From Mytilus edulis (taxonomy: Eukaryota): a stretch of 64,000 nucleotides of DNA. This document shows, piece after piece, positions 14,606 to 27,037 of this stretch (within the stretch, counting starts at the first letter, position 1; every line of letters starts with the position of its first letter). The position numbers and the translations under genes are program-made. The notes below the pieces were generated by a model that did no database searches, was not told where the DNA came from, and was given only the letters and a program-made list of their open reading frames with translations. The stretch covers positions 56,792,001 through 56,856,000 of the forward strand of contig NC_092348.1 of NCBI RefSeq assembly GCF_963676685.1. The letters are read 5' to 3'.

Positions 14606-15904
14606 TTACTGATAGTTGAAAATAATATGTGTTTAAATTGTTAAATCTTAATAGTTAGTTAATAAGATATATATCTAGTGAAAACATAATCACTGTTTTA
14701 CACATTTTGTCATCCTCAGTAAAAGGAGTAACAAAAAAGAAAAACACAAAAACAACTGTCAACAAGAACCCCCCTTTTTAAAAAATAAATAAATTTGAAT
14801 TGCAAGTACAAATCTAACTAGTATTTACCTGTTGCGCATTGTGTATGTTAGGATGTGAACAACATCTTTTGGTTTTCCATCACATGTACTAGAACATATA
14901 TATATATGTTTCAGGTTAGGGCGAAGGTTGGTACCTATTAAAACGTTTAAATCTGCTGAATTTGTTTGCACCTGTCCTAAGTCAGGAACCTGATGTTCAG
15001 CGGTTGTCGTTTGTTGATGCGGTTCAAAAGTGTTTCTCGTTTCTAGTTTTATTAGAGCGTTGGTTTTCCTGTTTGAATGGTTTTACCTTAGTATTTTTTT
15101 AGGGCCCTTGTTTCTTGGTGTGAGCCAAGGCTCCGTGATGATTGAAGGCCGCACTTAGACATATAATTGGCACTCATACCACATCTTCTTATATCTATAT
15201 TTGTTCTACGTAACCAAATAAACGAAGCCCTGAGCGCTCATGAGAATTGCCAATTAAATCATTATTCCAAGAAAGTAGCAATAAAAATAGGAGAGAAAAA
15301 TAGTAAACAAAAGAAATGAATATGACAATATATTTTGTACATTCATATTTAGGTAACATGTCGAAAAATAACATGTCCGGTGTGAATATTTATTTGGTAA
15401 AATTAAGATGCCATCTCATTTGATTAAAGCTGCGTAAAACATATACTTTAGCATGCAGTCGAAACAGACTCTTTTATGACAGAATAGAATCGAACGATAC
15501 CAAAGGTAAACACAAACCCATAAGTTGAATAAAGACTGACATCGCCATGGTCAAAACGAAAAAGACCAGACGATAAACAACAGTATACAAAACACAACAT
15601 AAAAAACTGAAAACTGATCAATACGAACCCCATTAAAAAACGGAGATAATCTCTGGTGTTCCGGAAGGGTAAGTACATCCTGCTCCACATGTGGCATCCA
15701 TGTTGTTTTTCTACAAATTCAGTTATACGAACTCTAATTCTAATGCAACAACGTTTGTAACGTTCATTTTGATTGGATAACGTCACTTTCTTACATGGCA
15801 TCAATTGACAATTGATGCTATGGGACGTACGCGCAAGCGCAGACGACATATGACAGATTTTAAATACATGTTTTAACGTTGTTTTCTGTTAGTTTCATTA
15901 GAAT

Positions 15905-16071
15905 GGAGATAACAATATTGTATTTTAAGCTCCGACGGCATCAATTTGGGATTTGATGGTCGCAAATACCCGTTTACTGTCTCCGCTAACGCGTCGCCAG
16001 TAAACTTAATTTGCGACCATCAAATCCCCAATTGATGCCGTCGGAGCTTAAAATACAATACAGTTATCTCC
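15905..16071. repeat. Long near-perfect palindrome (MITE-like)
   Basis: ~65-bp arms: tattgtattttaagctccgacggcatcaatt…gcaaat / atttgcgacc…gccgtcggagcttaaaatacaata. Confidence 0.8.
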
Positions 16072-17624
16072 TAATTATGTAGGTGACATTCGTGAATGAG
16101 GGGTCGGGATTGTGGTTATCGATTGTTCGTCGCTTTAATATTATTTGTTTTTTAAACTTCTGGATGAATCTTTGTTTATATTTGATGCCTAGCAAACCAA
16201 TCCAAAATCTCGAAAAACTTATACCACAGTCTTTAGAAAACCTGTGGATGAATATGTTAAATAGAAAATACAAGAATTTGAAAAATAATCGTCATTTTTC
16301 TGGTAATAATTTGGTGAAATGAAGACGTCTAACACCAGCGTTTATTTAAGATGTTGATTTTTTTTAAATTTAAAAACAAATTGGAAAAAGGTAGAAAATT
16401 CAAAGATTGAACTAGAGATTTTCGTTAAAACAGTCGCACGAATATGCTTATCATGGTACCGTTAACGCTCGACAATGTCTATTTGAAAAAGGTTATATGT
16501 TGGACGGATCTAGTCGTCTTTGAAGAACATGATTGGTGTACCTTTTTGTAAGTTTTAGTTGTTGCATTGCTGTCTTAACGTCATATACATTCTACATAAC
16601 AAAATTTCCATACCAAGTCTGGAATATGACAGTTGTTATCCATGGGTATGATGTGTTTGAGCTTTTGATTTAGCTATTTGATTAGGGACTTTTCGTTTTG
16701 AAAAATCCTTGGAGTTCGGTATTTTTGTGATTTTACTTTTAAAAAATTAAAAAAAATTAAAAACTTGTTTTCTTCCCGAATCTTCGCCCACGCTTCGTAT
16801 ATTGTTCTAGCCTATATTTATTCTCAAAACAGAAACAAAAAACAACGAGAAACTTTAATTTTATCTTTATATACTTGGTAGTATGAGGCGTGTTCAGACG
16901 TTTAATCACAGAAAATCTTATTTAGTACATACAAAGCAAATAAATAAATTAAAAGAAATTATATCTAATTGTTTGATCTCATTGATAAATGAAAAATGTT
17001 GAAAGAGATCACAAAAGGTAATAAATGCATTAAATGTGTTACCACTTCACAACCTACTATTGTGAAGAGAGAGACATATCTCTTGCACGTTACAGACACC
17101 CTTGTAGATTTCGAAAAAGAGCAGGCTAATGCCGCTACAAGGTAGCACTCGGACCCGCAAAGTGGAAAGGGATTAATGATAATCTTTATTGCAAAATTAC
17201 ACCACTAATGGTCAAACAATCCAAACAAACAAATATATACATTTTAAAAACAATGCAATACAATGAAATACAATACAACATAAAATAAAAGAACGTATTT
17301 TAAAAGTTCAATTATAAATTTATGTATAACACACAATCACGAGTTTGTCTGACATGGGTCTGACCCCCTCAGTTCTAAAGACTGCTTAATGAAGACTCCA
17401 ATATGACAAACAAGTTCAGGAATGGGTTAAAAATGTGTTTTAGTTTACTAAATTCATCAAGATGTTGAAATGATGGTACATAGTCTTTCAGATAAGCCAA
17501 AAAATTCGACCGCAATGATATGTTAATGTCACAATACATATAAGTTGCAAAACTTGTTTCCCAATCCACTATAAATAATTGTGTTTAAATTAACCTTCTA
17601 TTGTTGGTCAACTACATTCAGGAT

Positions 17625-19196
17625 CTATTTATTTATGGTATTTGTTACTACGGCTACTAATATACCAACAACAATAACGCACAAAACTAGCACTACAGAC
17701 AATGAACAAGGCATTGCACAAAACGTTTTCTGCGGCACTCGATACGTATGGCTCAGACCCAGTAATTCTTTAAATGGCCCAACACAATCAGAATCCAATG
17801 TGTCAAACTTTTTATACATTCCTTTTAAATCCTGGAGCATGTTTCGAAAAGCACTCTCAGCTTGAAGAAATGTATCCATACTTAATCTGCTATATAGATT
17901 CTTTTTCGACTTGTTACAACCAAAAGTACAATTAAGGAACATTTCATGAACCCATGGATTTCCGTAGAAAAAATGGGGAAGATTGCGATTTTCAATGCAC
18001 AATTCAAGAAATTGCAGAAAATATCCAAGTGCTTCTTTTACTCCTGACAGTGACTTAGTCTTGCTTGGAACAGTCAGTAGAGCAATACAATGAAAACATA
18101 CGTTTTTCAAGTAGTAGGAAACAGCAACACGATGTAATTGATTTGTGTTACGACGATTTGATTTCATCCAAGCGACATAAGATTTAACGATACGACATGC
18201 GGTCATCAAGTAACGTTGACTTGGATTTCTGCGTCCAACGTCAATGATATGTTTTTCATATCCACAAGTAGATTCCCGCCAGAGATATTCATGGTCAACT
18301 GTCCGTTCAGATTCGTCTAATCTGTGTGCCCATTTCATCACTCCATAGACTGTACACGTCATTTCCGAATTGGCATAAGTGACTCGATTTACTGTAAACG
18401 GATTGGGAACATAATCCGTACGTAACACCAATGAAGGAACAAAATCAATATCCAGCGTTGGCAAATGTCCATAATTTGCCTGGAACGATTCATTTAGACC
18501 TTCCAAAGTGACATTACTGTATAGATTGGAAGCATATGATATTTCTCTGTCTAGACTTATACGTATCGGGAAGGTCGGTGGATTAACAGAACGACGAAAT
18601 GTATAAACAGTCCTATCACCGTACGGTAACTGCTCATATACTTGTTCTCGAGTTTTGTCAAGTATCGATTTGAAAACTTTTTCCTGTAAGTTTTTTGTAT
18701 TTATGAAATAACTTGAATAATACGAGCCTGTTTTTGTGAAAATCTCATTCCGTTTCAACCATGGATAGTTTCTTAGCAAATATTCTGGGTTTTCAACTCG
18801 TAATTTTATTAGCTCGACTATTTCCTCTCCAGAATAATCGTAGACCGGACATTCTGTCACTTGCATGCCTTCTATTTCAAATTTAACTAAACAGTCAAAC
18901 TCCAAGGCGTCATTAACTCTCAGTCCTTCCCTTGCACTTCCTTGTCTTACATTGCCATGAATAATTAGCCCTTTAAATTCCTCCCGTGCGTACTTTTTTA
19001 ATCCGTCCAAAACTGTACCAAGAACGGAATCGGCTGCAGAGCTATGGACATCCCACTTAGAATTACTTATATTTATGTCTTTAAGATATCTATCTTGTAA
19101 AATTCGTCGCTGGAGATCATCTTCACCTGGGCCTACTGTAAAGACAGGATACCGCCAAGCATTAAGGTCATCTCCAATTTTTTCGTTAGTCGCCAT
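17625..19196 (-). CDS. cGAS-like receptor (cGLR, Mab-21/nucleotidyltransferase family) with a C-terminal transmembrane tail; intact, single coding exon, ~523 aa
   Basis: NTase signature QGSAREGLRVNDALEFDCL (hGS…E-h-D), third acidic residue in LDIDFVP, Mab-21 C-lobe motifs WRES…YEK, SYYLKN and LPHFFYGNP…NLY, and a hydrophobic end LSVVLVLCVIVVGILVAVV. A splice acceptor at 19206-19208 precedes the ATG at 19196. Confidence 0.9.
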   Translation of the reverse strand: MATNEKIGDDLNAWRYPVFTVGPGEDDLQRRILQDRYLKDINISNSKWDVHSSAADSVLGTVLDGLKKYAREEFKGLIIHGNVRQGSAREGLRVNDALEFDCLVKFEIEGMQVTECPVYDYSGEEIVELIKLRVENPEYLLRNYPWLKRNEIFTKTGSYYSSYFINTKNLQEKVFKSILDKTREQVYEQLPYGDRTVYTFRRSVNPPTFPIRISLDREISYASNLYSNVTLEGLNESFQANYGHLPTLDIDFVPSLVLRTDYVPNPFTVNRVTYANSEMTCTVYGVMKWAHRLDESERTVDHEYLWRESTCGYEKHIIDVGRRNPSQRYLMTACRIVKSYVAWMKSNRRNTNQLHRVAVSYYLKNVCFHCIALLTVPSKTKSLSGVKEALGYFLQFLELCIENRNLPHFFYGNPWVHEMFLNCTFGCNKSKKNLYSRLSMDTFLQAESAFRNMLQDLKGMYKKFDTLDSDCVGPFKELLGLSHTYRVPQKTFCAMPCSLSVVLVLCVIVVGILVAVVTNTINK

Positions 19197-20439
19197 GTAA
19201 AACACCTAAAATAAAAAGAAATCAAGAACTTAGATAAAAATAAAACTAGAAGGTTTAAAACGATATTCATGCACTCGTCAATACAATAATTATAAGAGGT
19301 TATTTCTTAAATTATCCTTCAGCCAATAACCATACGTCTCATGACTTTCAAAAGGCAATTACCGGACACCAGTGATCGTTGTAGTCAATCAACATAGTCG
19401 TCTTGAGATATTTTTCCTTGTTGAAGCAAAATAATTCATTTGATTACTGTACTCAAAACATCTTATACAAATGAATGTTCCTTCGTTGGTTTGATCGCTA
19501 TTACATTGTGTATTGGTCATTTTTTTTTTTTTTTTACAAAGCACATATCATGTCCGCAAATTGAGTCATATCACTATGGGAAGTCATAATCACGGGTTGA
19601 CTAATATTCAGATCTACTGAAAAGCCTTTTTTCTGGCTCCTAAAGAATATATTTGGTACATTTAATAGGCCAAGTAGACCCCAAAATGTACCATGTTTAT
19701 CACATTTTCCTGAGGTCTATCAAGCTTTTTGAAAAGCCAACACTTTTCTACTTTCGATTTCGGTTTACTAAAATTGCTATTGAATATGTAAAATGCAGTT
19801 GTAATATGATAACATAGTATTGTTAACTATACGCTATTAAAAGATATTAGGCAAACAAGGCAGTAGATTAGTTACCTTATTATCATCTAATGTATCTTTG
19901 TAGAGATATTGAAGTGCAACTCATTACTAATAATGACGTGTAACTGGAAAATATGCAGAAACGACTCGAGCGCCATCTATCGATTAGCAAATTGAAAGTT
20001 AATATTATCTTTTTACATGTGTACTTAAGGATACGCGTGTACAGGTGTAGAACTCGAAGCATCAGAGAGGCGTTTTCGAAATTATTTCATGGTTATTTTC
20101 TTCGTCTGATAAACACACATTTAACAGGATAATGACTGTTAATACACAAATATTTATACATTGCTTATATATATTCAACATTCAGGTTATCTTTATAGAA
20201 CCATATTTATACTGCTTCATAATTGTTAAAGTTTCAATATTGGTTTTGAATTCGGTAATTCCGACTCCGTTGCTGTTAGTTTAACACTGAACTTGTTTCT
20301 AACAAATCGGAATGGCATACATGAATACTAGTATAAGTAGCCAGAATGTTATCATATAAACTACACTTATAAATTTGTGTTGTTGGTACCATTCTGACCT
20401 GCAGTCTATTTAAAGTTGTAGCATTAAAAAATAATTTAA

Positions 20440-21200
20440 TATGATGTATGTATCAGGTCCACCTTTGAAATTTTACTAAATTCTTCCATACATGTTAAGT
20501 ATTGGCTTTGAAGTTTGGTTGTACTTGTAGAAAACATATTTCAAACAGAATAGAACATTTTAATTTTTACGGAGATGTTGTTTACCGAGACCTGAAATTT
20601 GGAAACGATCCAGGTAAACGAACTGATCCTTCAAATAAACTTTATGTTCTAATATGTTACCAATTCAGCACTGTAATTAGATCTTTGAATCTTTAATATT
20701 TTAGTCTTAGAAGCATGCTATTTTTTAATTAGTTGCTTTGGCTTTGAAATAGCTGTCAGTAACTGCGAGCAAATTTGCACTAAGTGTCTTTCTGTTCTGT
20801 GAATGTACCCGTAAAAGTACCCGTAAAAGTACCCGTCCATTCACTCTGTGCTTTTGTTAAATGTATTTTTATGTGTATCCATCTGATGGGTTAAGCCTTT
20901 TTCAACTAATGTGTATTGTTTGTTTTCATGTTGTACTGTCATAAAACTGTCCAATGTGAGGAGGAGGGTTTGTGCTTTCAAACGAGTGTAATCCCGTAAC
21001 CGGCATTCAGTATGTGCCCAAGTAAGGAAGACTGTTATACAGTTTTCTCGTCTGAATTGTTTTATATTAAACAGTGTCATTTCGGACCTTTTATAGCTTA
21101 CTATGGTTGACGCATTGTTGAAGGCCGTAGGGTGACCTATTGTTATTAATTTCTGTGACATTTTGTCTCTTATGGAGAGTTGTCTCATTGCCGTCTACAT
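20440..21200 (+). mobile_element. Degenerate 3' remnant of the same Penelope-like family
   Basis: Decayed RT C-terminus (FTKFFH…KFGCTCRK…FYGDVV…TVIRSLN) followed by the same 3' sequence (…tagctgtcagtaactgcgag…gagagttgtctcattg). Confidence 0.65.
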
Positions 21201-21775
21201 TCTATATTCGTACATAGTTAATTATCAAATAAAATTGTTTAAGTAAGTACCCATTCTTATTGTCATTAAAGCTAGTTTTCCAGGCTTACATTTGCGGATT
21301 CAGGGGCTTAGAGGTCGTACGTCTACCTTGGATTGGGAAATATATATCATTTATTGGCATGAAATCTTCTAAAAATGTTCGACTCTCGCTACGCCCAGCA
21401 ATATTTATTTAGTGAAATCAAATAACGCTTCCTTTGAAAAATATCCTAAATCCGCCCCCAGTTCAAGATATTTCATAGACTAGAATTTTTATTTAATACA
21501 TGACATGTGGATCAAAATAATTTATAAATTATTTTAATTTCATCTATCATGTACAAAAAAATGTATATGTAAAGAGTATGTGGCCTGAAGTACATAAGAT
21601 GCAAGTTTCCCCCCCCCCCCCCCCCCCCCCCAAATATATATATTACATGTAACATCTAATTAACAGAATGGCAAAAAGTAAATATGTAATCCCGTAGTTA
21701 GAACAGATTACAAAAGTGTTTAATAATAAGGAATGCGTTCCAATTTTACAATAATGCACTGATGGTGAACTAAGA

Positions 21776-23353
21776 TTAGGACTCCGTTGCGTCACGTGTT
21801 AGTAAAGTTACTAATATTCCAAAAACAATAACGCACAAAACAAACCGTGCACACGATGAAATAGCCTCAAAGTTACTGATAGCTTTCTCTTGCACTCGAT
21901 ATTCATGCGTAAGACCAAGTAATTCTTTGAATGGCCCAACACGGTCAGGATCCAATGAGTCAAATTCTGTAAACAATCCGTTTAAATCTTGCAGCATAAT
22001 TCGAAAAGCTCTTTCGGCATTCGTGAATGTATTCTTACATATTCTTCCGTATAGGTTCTTTTCCGGCTTATTACTTCCAAATGTGCAATTAGGGAACATA
22101 ACATGAACCCATGGATTACCATAGAAAAAATGGGGAAGATTGCGACTTTTTATGCATAATTCAAGAAACTGCAGAAAATATCCGAGTGCTTCTTTTACTC
22201 CTGAAAGTGATTTGGTCTTGCTTGGTACAGTCAGTAGAGCAATACAATGAAAACATATATTTTTCAAGAAGTACGAGACAGCTACACAATGTAATTGATT
22301 GGTTTCTCGACGATTCGATTTTATCCCCGTGTGACGGTGTCATAAGATTTGACGATACGACATGCTGTCATCAAGTAACGTTGACTAGGATTTCTTCGTC
22401 CAACGTCACTGATAAGTTTTTCATATCCACACGTAGATTCCCTCCAGATAAAAACACGATCAATGGTTAGTTCAGATTCATGTAATCTGCGTTCCCATTT
22501 CATCACTCCATAAACTGAGCACGTCATTTCCTTCTCGCCATTTCTATTGTTCACTGTATACGGATTGGGGACGTAGTCCTTACGCAATAATAATGCAGGA
22601 ACAAAATCAATGTCCAACTTTGAAAGATATTCCCTTTGACCCGGGCGTTTGGCACTTTCACGTGATACTTGTGTGTACAAACCGCCGGCATATGATATTT
22701 CCCGGTCTAAACTAATTTGTATCGGGAACGATGGTGGTTTAACAGACCGTCGATATGTATAAATTGTTCTATCGTCTGGCGGCAATCGATTAAAGATATG
22801 TGCACGAGTTTTGTCTAGCAATGCCATGAACACTTTTTCTTGTAAATTTTTTGTATTAATATAGCAATGTGTATCATGTAATCCTGATTTTGTAAAAATC
22901 TTATAGCGGCGCAACCACGGATAGATTCTTAACAAATATTCTGGATTTTCGACGCGTAATTTAATGAACTCGGGCATTAGCTCTCCAGAATAATCGTAGA
23001 CTTGACATTTTGCCACCTGCATGCCTTCTATTTCAAATTGAACTAAACAGTCAAACTCTAGAGGATCATTTACTTTCAGTCCTTCTCTTGAACTTCCTTG
23101 CTTTAGGCTACCATGAATAATTAATCCTTCATATTCCTTATTTGCATATTTTTTTAATATGAGCAATATTTTCTCAAGAACAGAATCAACCGCAGAGCAA
23201 TGTTCATCCCAATCATTATCAGTTATATTTATGTTTTCAAGGTATATATTCTGTAAAATTCTTTGCTTGAGATCTTCTTCTTCTGGGCCAACAGTAAACA
23301 CAGGATATCTCCAAGTATTAAGTTGATTCTGCAATTTTCTCATCAGCAGCCAT
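21776..23353 (-). pseudogene. Second tandem cGLR paralog disrupted by two frameshifts (+1 near 23327, +8 at ~22324-22343)
   Basis: ORFs 22321-23397 and 21776-22267 are colinear with the intact paralog (QGSSREGLKVNDPLEFDCL, DIDFVP, LPHFFYGNP, TM tail). The homologous ATG at 23353 reads MAADEKIAEST*. Between SY and KSNRR there are 20 nt versus 12 nt in the paralog. Confidence 0.8.
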
Positions 23354-23820
23354 TGGAAAACTGAAAATAAGATAAAAAAAATATATAATATTAGCAAACC
23401 TTTTATTACTTAGATATAACCATCCTTAGATCAAGTCTGGCTTTTAGCTGGGTCCGTTAAACGTTCATTTGTTACACTTTACCTAGGAAAATGTAGACTC
23501 TTATAATGATAATATGATTGTTTTTAAAAGGATGTTATTTAATATCCTGTATGGATATCAAAAAAGTAAAACCACATAAATACTGAATCCGACGAAGTTC
23601 AAAACGGAAAGTTCCTAATCAAATGGCAAAATCAAAAGCTCAAACACATCAAACGAATGGACGACAAATGTGACATTTCTTTCTTGGTACAGGCATTTTC
23701 CGTAGTACAAAATGGTGGATTAAACCTGGTTTCATAGCTAGGAAGCTAAATTGAGGTGAGAATCATAACTATGCACGTGTACTCCAGTGCCACATATTGA
23801 CTATTAAATGAATTGTCCTA

Positions 23821-24046
23821 TATATGAGGGGGTGGGGGGGCAATATCTTTTTGAGTTAAGCTGTTATGGCCCTTTTCAGGGTGTCTTTAACTGTTATCTG
23901 AGATCAAATTAAGCTGTTAACTGTTTTCAACCCTGTTTGTTAACTGTTATCAGCATTTTTGCATTTTTTGTTAACTGTGTTTGCCAAAATCGAGGTGTTG
24001 TTTTCATGTTAACGGACCCCCTATTGCCCCCCCCCCCCTCATATAT
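23821..24046. mobile_element. Small TIR element (MITE)
   Basis: Inverted ends tatatgagggggtggggggg-caata and tattg-ccccccccccc-ctcatata; internal ttaactgtt repeats. Confidence 0.6.
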
Positions 24047-24221
24047 AGCTATGGCATTCAATATACATTAGTAACTAAAGTAAAGGAGCGAGTTTTCCGA
24101 ATTGTCAGGAAAACAGGTGACTCAAACTGAAAAAGATACAGTTTAACTAGTCCTATTATACGTCAATTACAACAGACGTCAATATAGAAAATAATGTTCC
24201 TACCACTTGAGATGAACTATG

Positions 24222-24559
24222 TCCAGTGCACGATGTTTTGTCGATATTGTCAACATCGCAATGTCAACTTTATAGTGTTTACATTGTATCCTATACCTTT
24301 CTGTTAACATCGTTCACATCGTATACATCGGGATGTTGACAATATCGTGTCGAAATCGTGTTTATATTGTATATATATATAGAGTCTATAGCTTTCTGTT
24401 TACATCGTTCACATCGTATGCATCGCGATGTTGACAATAACGTGTCAACATCGTGTTTATATTGTATATATAAATATATAAAGTCTATACCTTTCTGTTA
24501 ACATCGTTCACATCGTATACATCGCGATGTTGACAATATTGTATCAACATCGTGTTTAT

Positions 24560-24644
<85 letters not shown>

Positions 24645-25179
24645 TCTATAAATTTCTGTTTACATCGTTCACATCGTATACATCGCGATGTTGACAATAT
24701 TGTATCAACATCGTGTATATATAGAGTCTATACCTTTCTGTTTACATCGTTCACATCGTATACATCGCGATGTTGACAATATCGTGTCAACATCGTGTTT
24801 ATATTGTATATATACAAGTCTATACCTTTCTGTTTACATCGTTCACATCGTATACATCGCGATGTTGACAATATTGTGTCAACATCGTGTTTATATTGTA
24901 TATATATATGTAAAGTCTATACCTTTCTGTTAACATCGTTCACATCGTATACATCGCGATGTTGGCAATATTGTGTCAACATCGTGTTTATATTGTATAT
25001 ATAGAGTCTATACCTTTCTGTTTACATCGTTCACATCGTATACATCGCGATGTTGACAATATCGTGTCAACATCGTGTTTATATTGTATTTATATATATA
25101 AAGTCTATACCTTTCTGTTTACATCGTTCACATCGTATACATCGCGATGTTGACACTATTGTGTCAACATCGTGTTTCT

Positions 25180-25253
<74 letters not shown>

Positions 25254-26997
25254 AAGTCTATACCTTTCTGTTTATATCGTTCACATCGTATACATCATGA
25301 TGTTGACAATATTGTGTCAACATCGTGTTTATATTGTATATATAGAGTCTATACCTTTCTGTTTACATCGTTCACATCGTTCACATCGTATACATCGCTA
25401 TGTTGACAATATCGTGTCAACATCGTGTTTATATTGTATTTATATATATATAAAGTCTACACATATATAAAGTCTATACCTTTCTGTTTACATCGTTCAC
25501 ATCGTATACATCGCGATGTTGACAATATCGTGTCAACATCGTGTTTATATTGTATTTATATCTATATAAAGTCTATACATATATAAAGTCTATACCTTTC
25601 TGTTTATATCGTTCACATCGTATACATCGCGATGTTGACAATATTGTGTCAACATCGTGTTTATATTGTATATATAGTGTCTACACCTTTCTGTTTACAT
25701 CGTTCACATCGTATACATCGTAATGTTAACAATATAGTGTCAACATCTTGTTGTTGTATATACATTTTTGTTTCGTTCTTTTTTTTTTTAAATAAGTTTA
25801 GCAGTTAGTTATATAGTTAAAATTGTTTTCCATTTTTCATGTCGGCGTCTTTTATTGTTAACTATGCCATATAAACTTCAATGTTAAAGGCCATACGGTT
25901 ATATGTGCCAGTTAGTATGTATGTCCTGGAAATTTTACTTATTTGCAATCATACCACTTCTTTTTTTATATATATCTTTCTGTTTAAATTGTTCACATAA
26001 CAATGCTAACAATATTGTGTCAAAATCGTGTTTATATTTTATATTGAGTCTATGGTACGTATATAAACGTTAAACTAACTGCATTTGTTTGCACTTGTCC
26101 TTAGTCAGGAATCTGTCGTTCAGTAGTTGTCGTTTGTTGAATTGTTCATCCGTGTTTTTGGTTTCATGTTTTTTACATTAGACCTTTATTTTTCCTGTTC
26201 AAATAGTTTTACACTAGTGTTTTTGTGCCTTTCATAGCTTGCTACTCTATAAAAACCAAAACTTCGTATTAATGACAAACCTATAGGGGTTTACTTATAA
26301 AAAATGTAACTTAAATAAAAAGTTGTCTCATTTGAACTTATACCGCATCTTCTTATATGTATACATCGCTATGTTAACGATGTCAACGATGTAAACAATA
26401 TATAAGAGTTCAAACAATGTTAACGAAGTTGACTAGATATCGGTTTAATATTGTGTACATCGCGATGTTAACGATGTCAACGATATAAACAATAGATAAG
26501 AGTTCAAGCAATGTCAACGATGTTCACACGACATCGTGTTAACCTTGTAAACATCAGGATGTTAACGATGTCAACGATGTAAACAATATATAAAAGTTCA
26601 AACAATGTCAACAATGTTGACACGACATCGTGTTTACATTGTATACATCGCAATGTTAACGATGTCAACGATGTAAACAATATATAAGGGATCAAACAAT
26701 GTAAACGATGTTGACACGACATCGTGTTAACATTGTAAACATCGCGATGTTAACGATGTCAACGATGTAAACAAAAATATAAGAGTTCAAACAATGTCAA
26801 TATCGTTGACACGACATCGTGTTTACATTGTATACATCGCAATGACACAACATCGTTTTAACATTGTATACATCGCGATGTCAACGATGTATACATTATA
26901 TAAGGGTTCAAACAATGTAAACAATGTTGACACTATATCGTGTTAACATTATAGATATCGCAATGTCGACAATATTGAATAAACATCCTTCACTGAA
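24222..26997. mobile_element. Non-autonomous TIR (CACTA/EnSpm- or foldback-like) element built from inverted satellite-like arrays
   Basis: The left end gtccagtgcacgatgttttgtcgatattgtcaacatcgc is roughly the reverse complement of the right end gcaatgtcgacaatattgaataaacatccttcactgaac. ~90-bp units (acatcgttcacatcgtatacatcgcgatgttgacaat…) with (TA)n expansions span 24240-25750, and a related inverted array spans 26360-26990. Confidence 0.7.
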
Positions 26998-27037
26998 CTT
27001 GAATGCTTGAGATCGCGAAACATCTAGTTTTAAATAT

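Noticed and set aside
22315-22345. Programmed -1 ribosomal frameshift in cGLR copy 2
   Set aside because: No canonical X_XXY_YYZ slippery heptamer before the stop, and a second independent frameshift near the start favours decay.
24485-25723. Short ORFs with YIYIYI and HRSHRIHRD repeats, and a superficially CRISPR-like array
   Set aside because: These are translations of tandem repeats and (TA)n. There are no unique spacers, no cas genes, and the DNA is eukaryotic.
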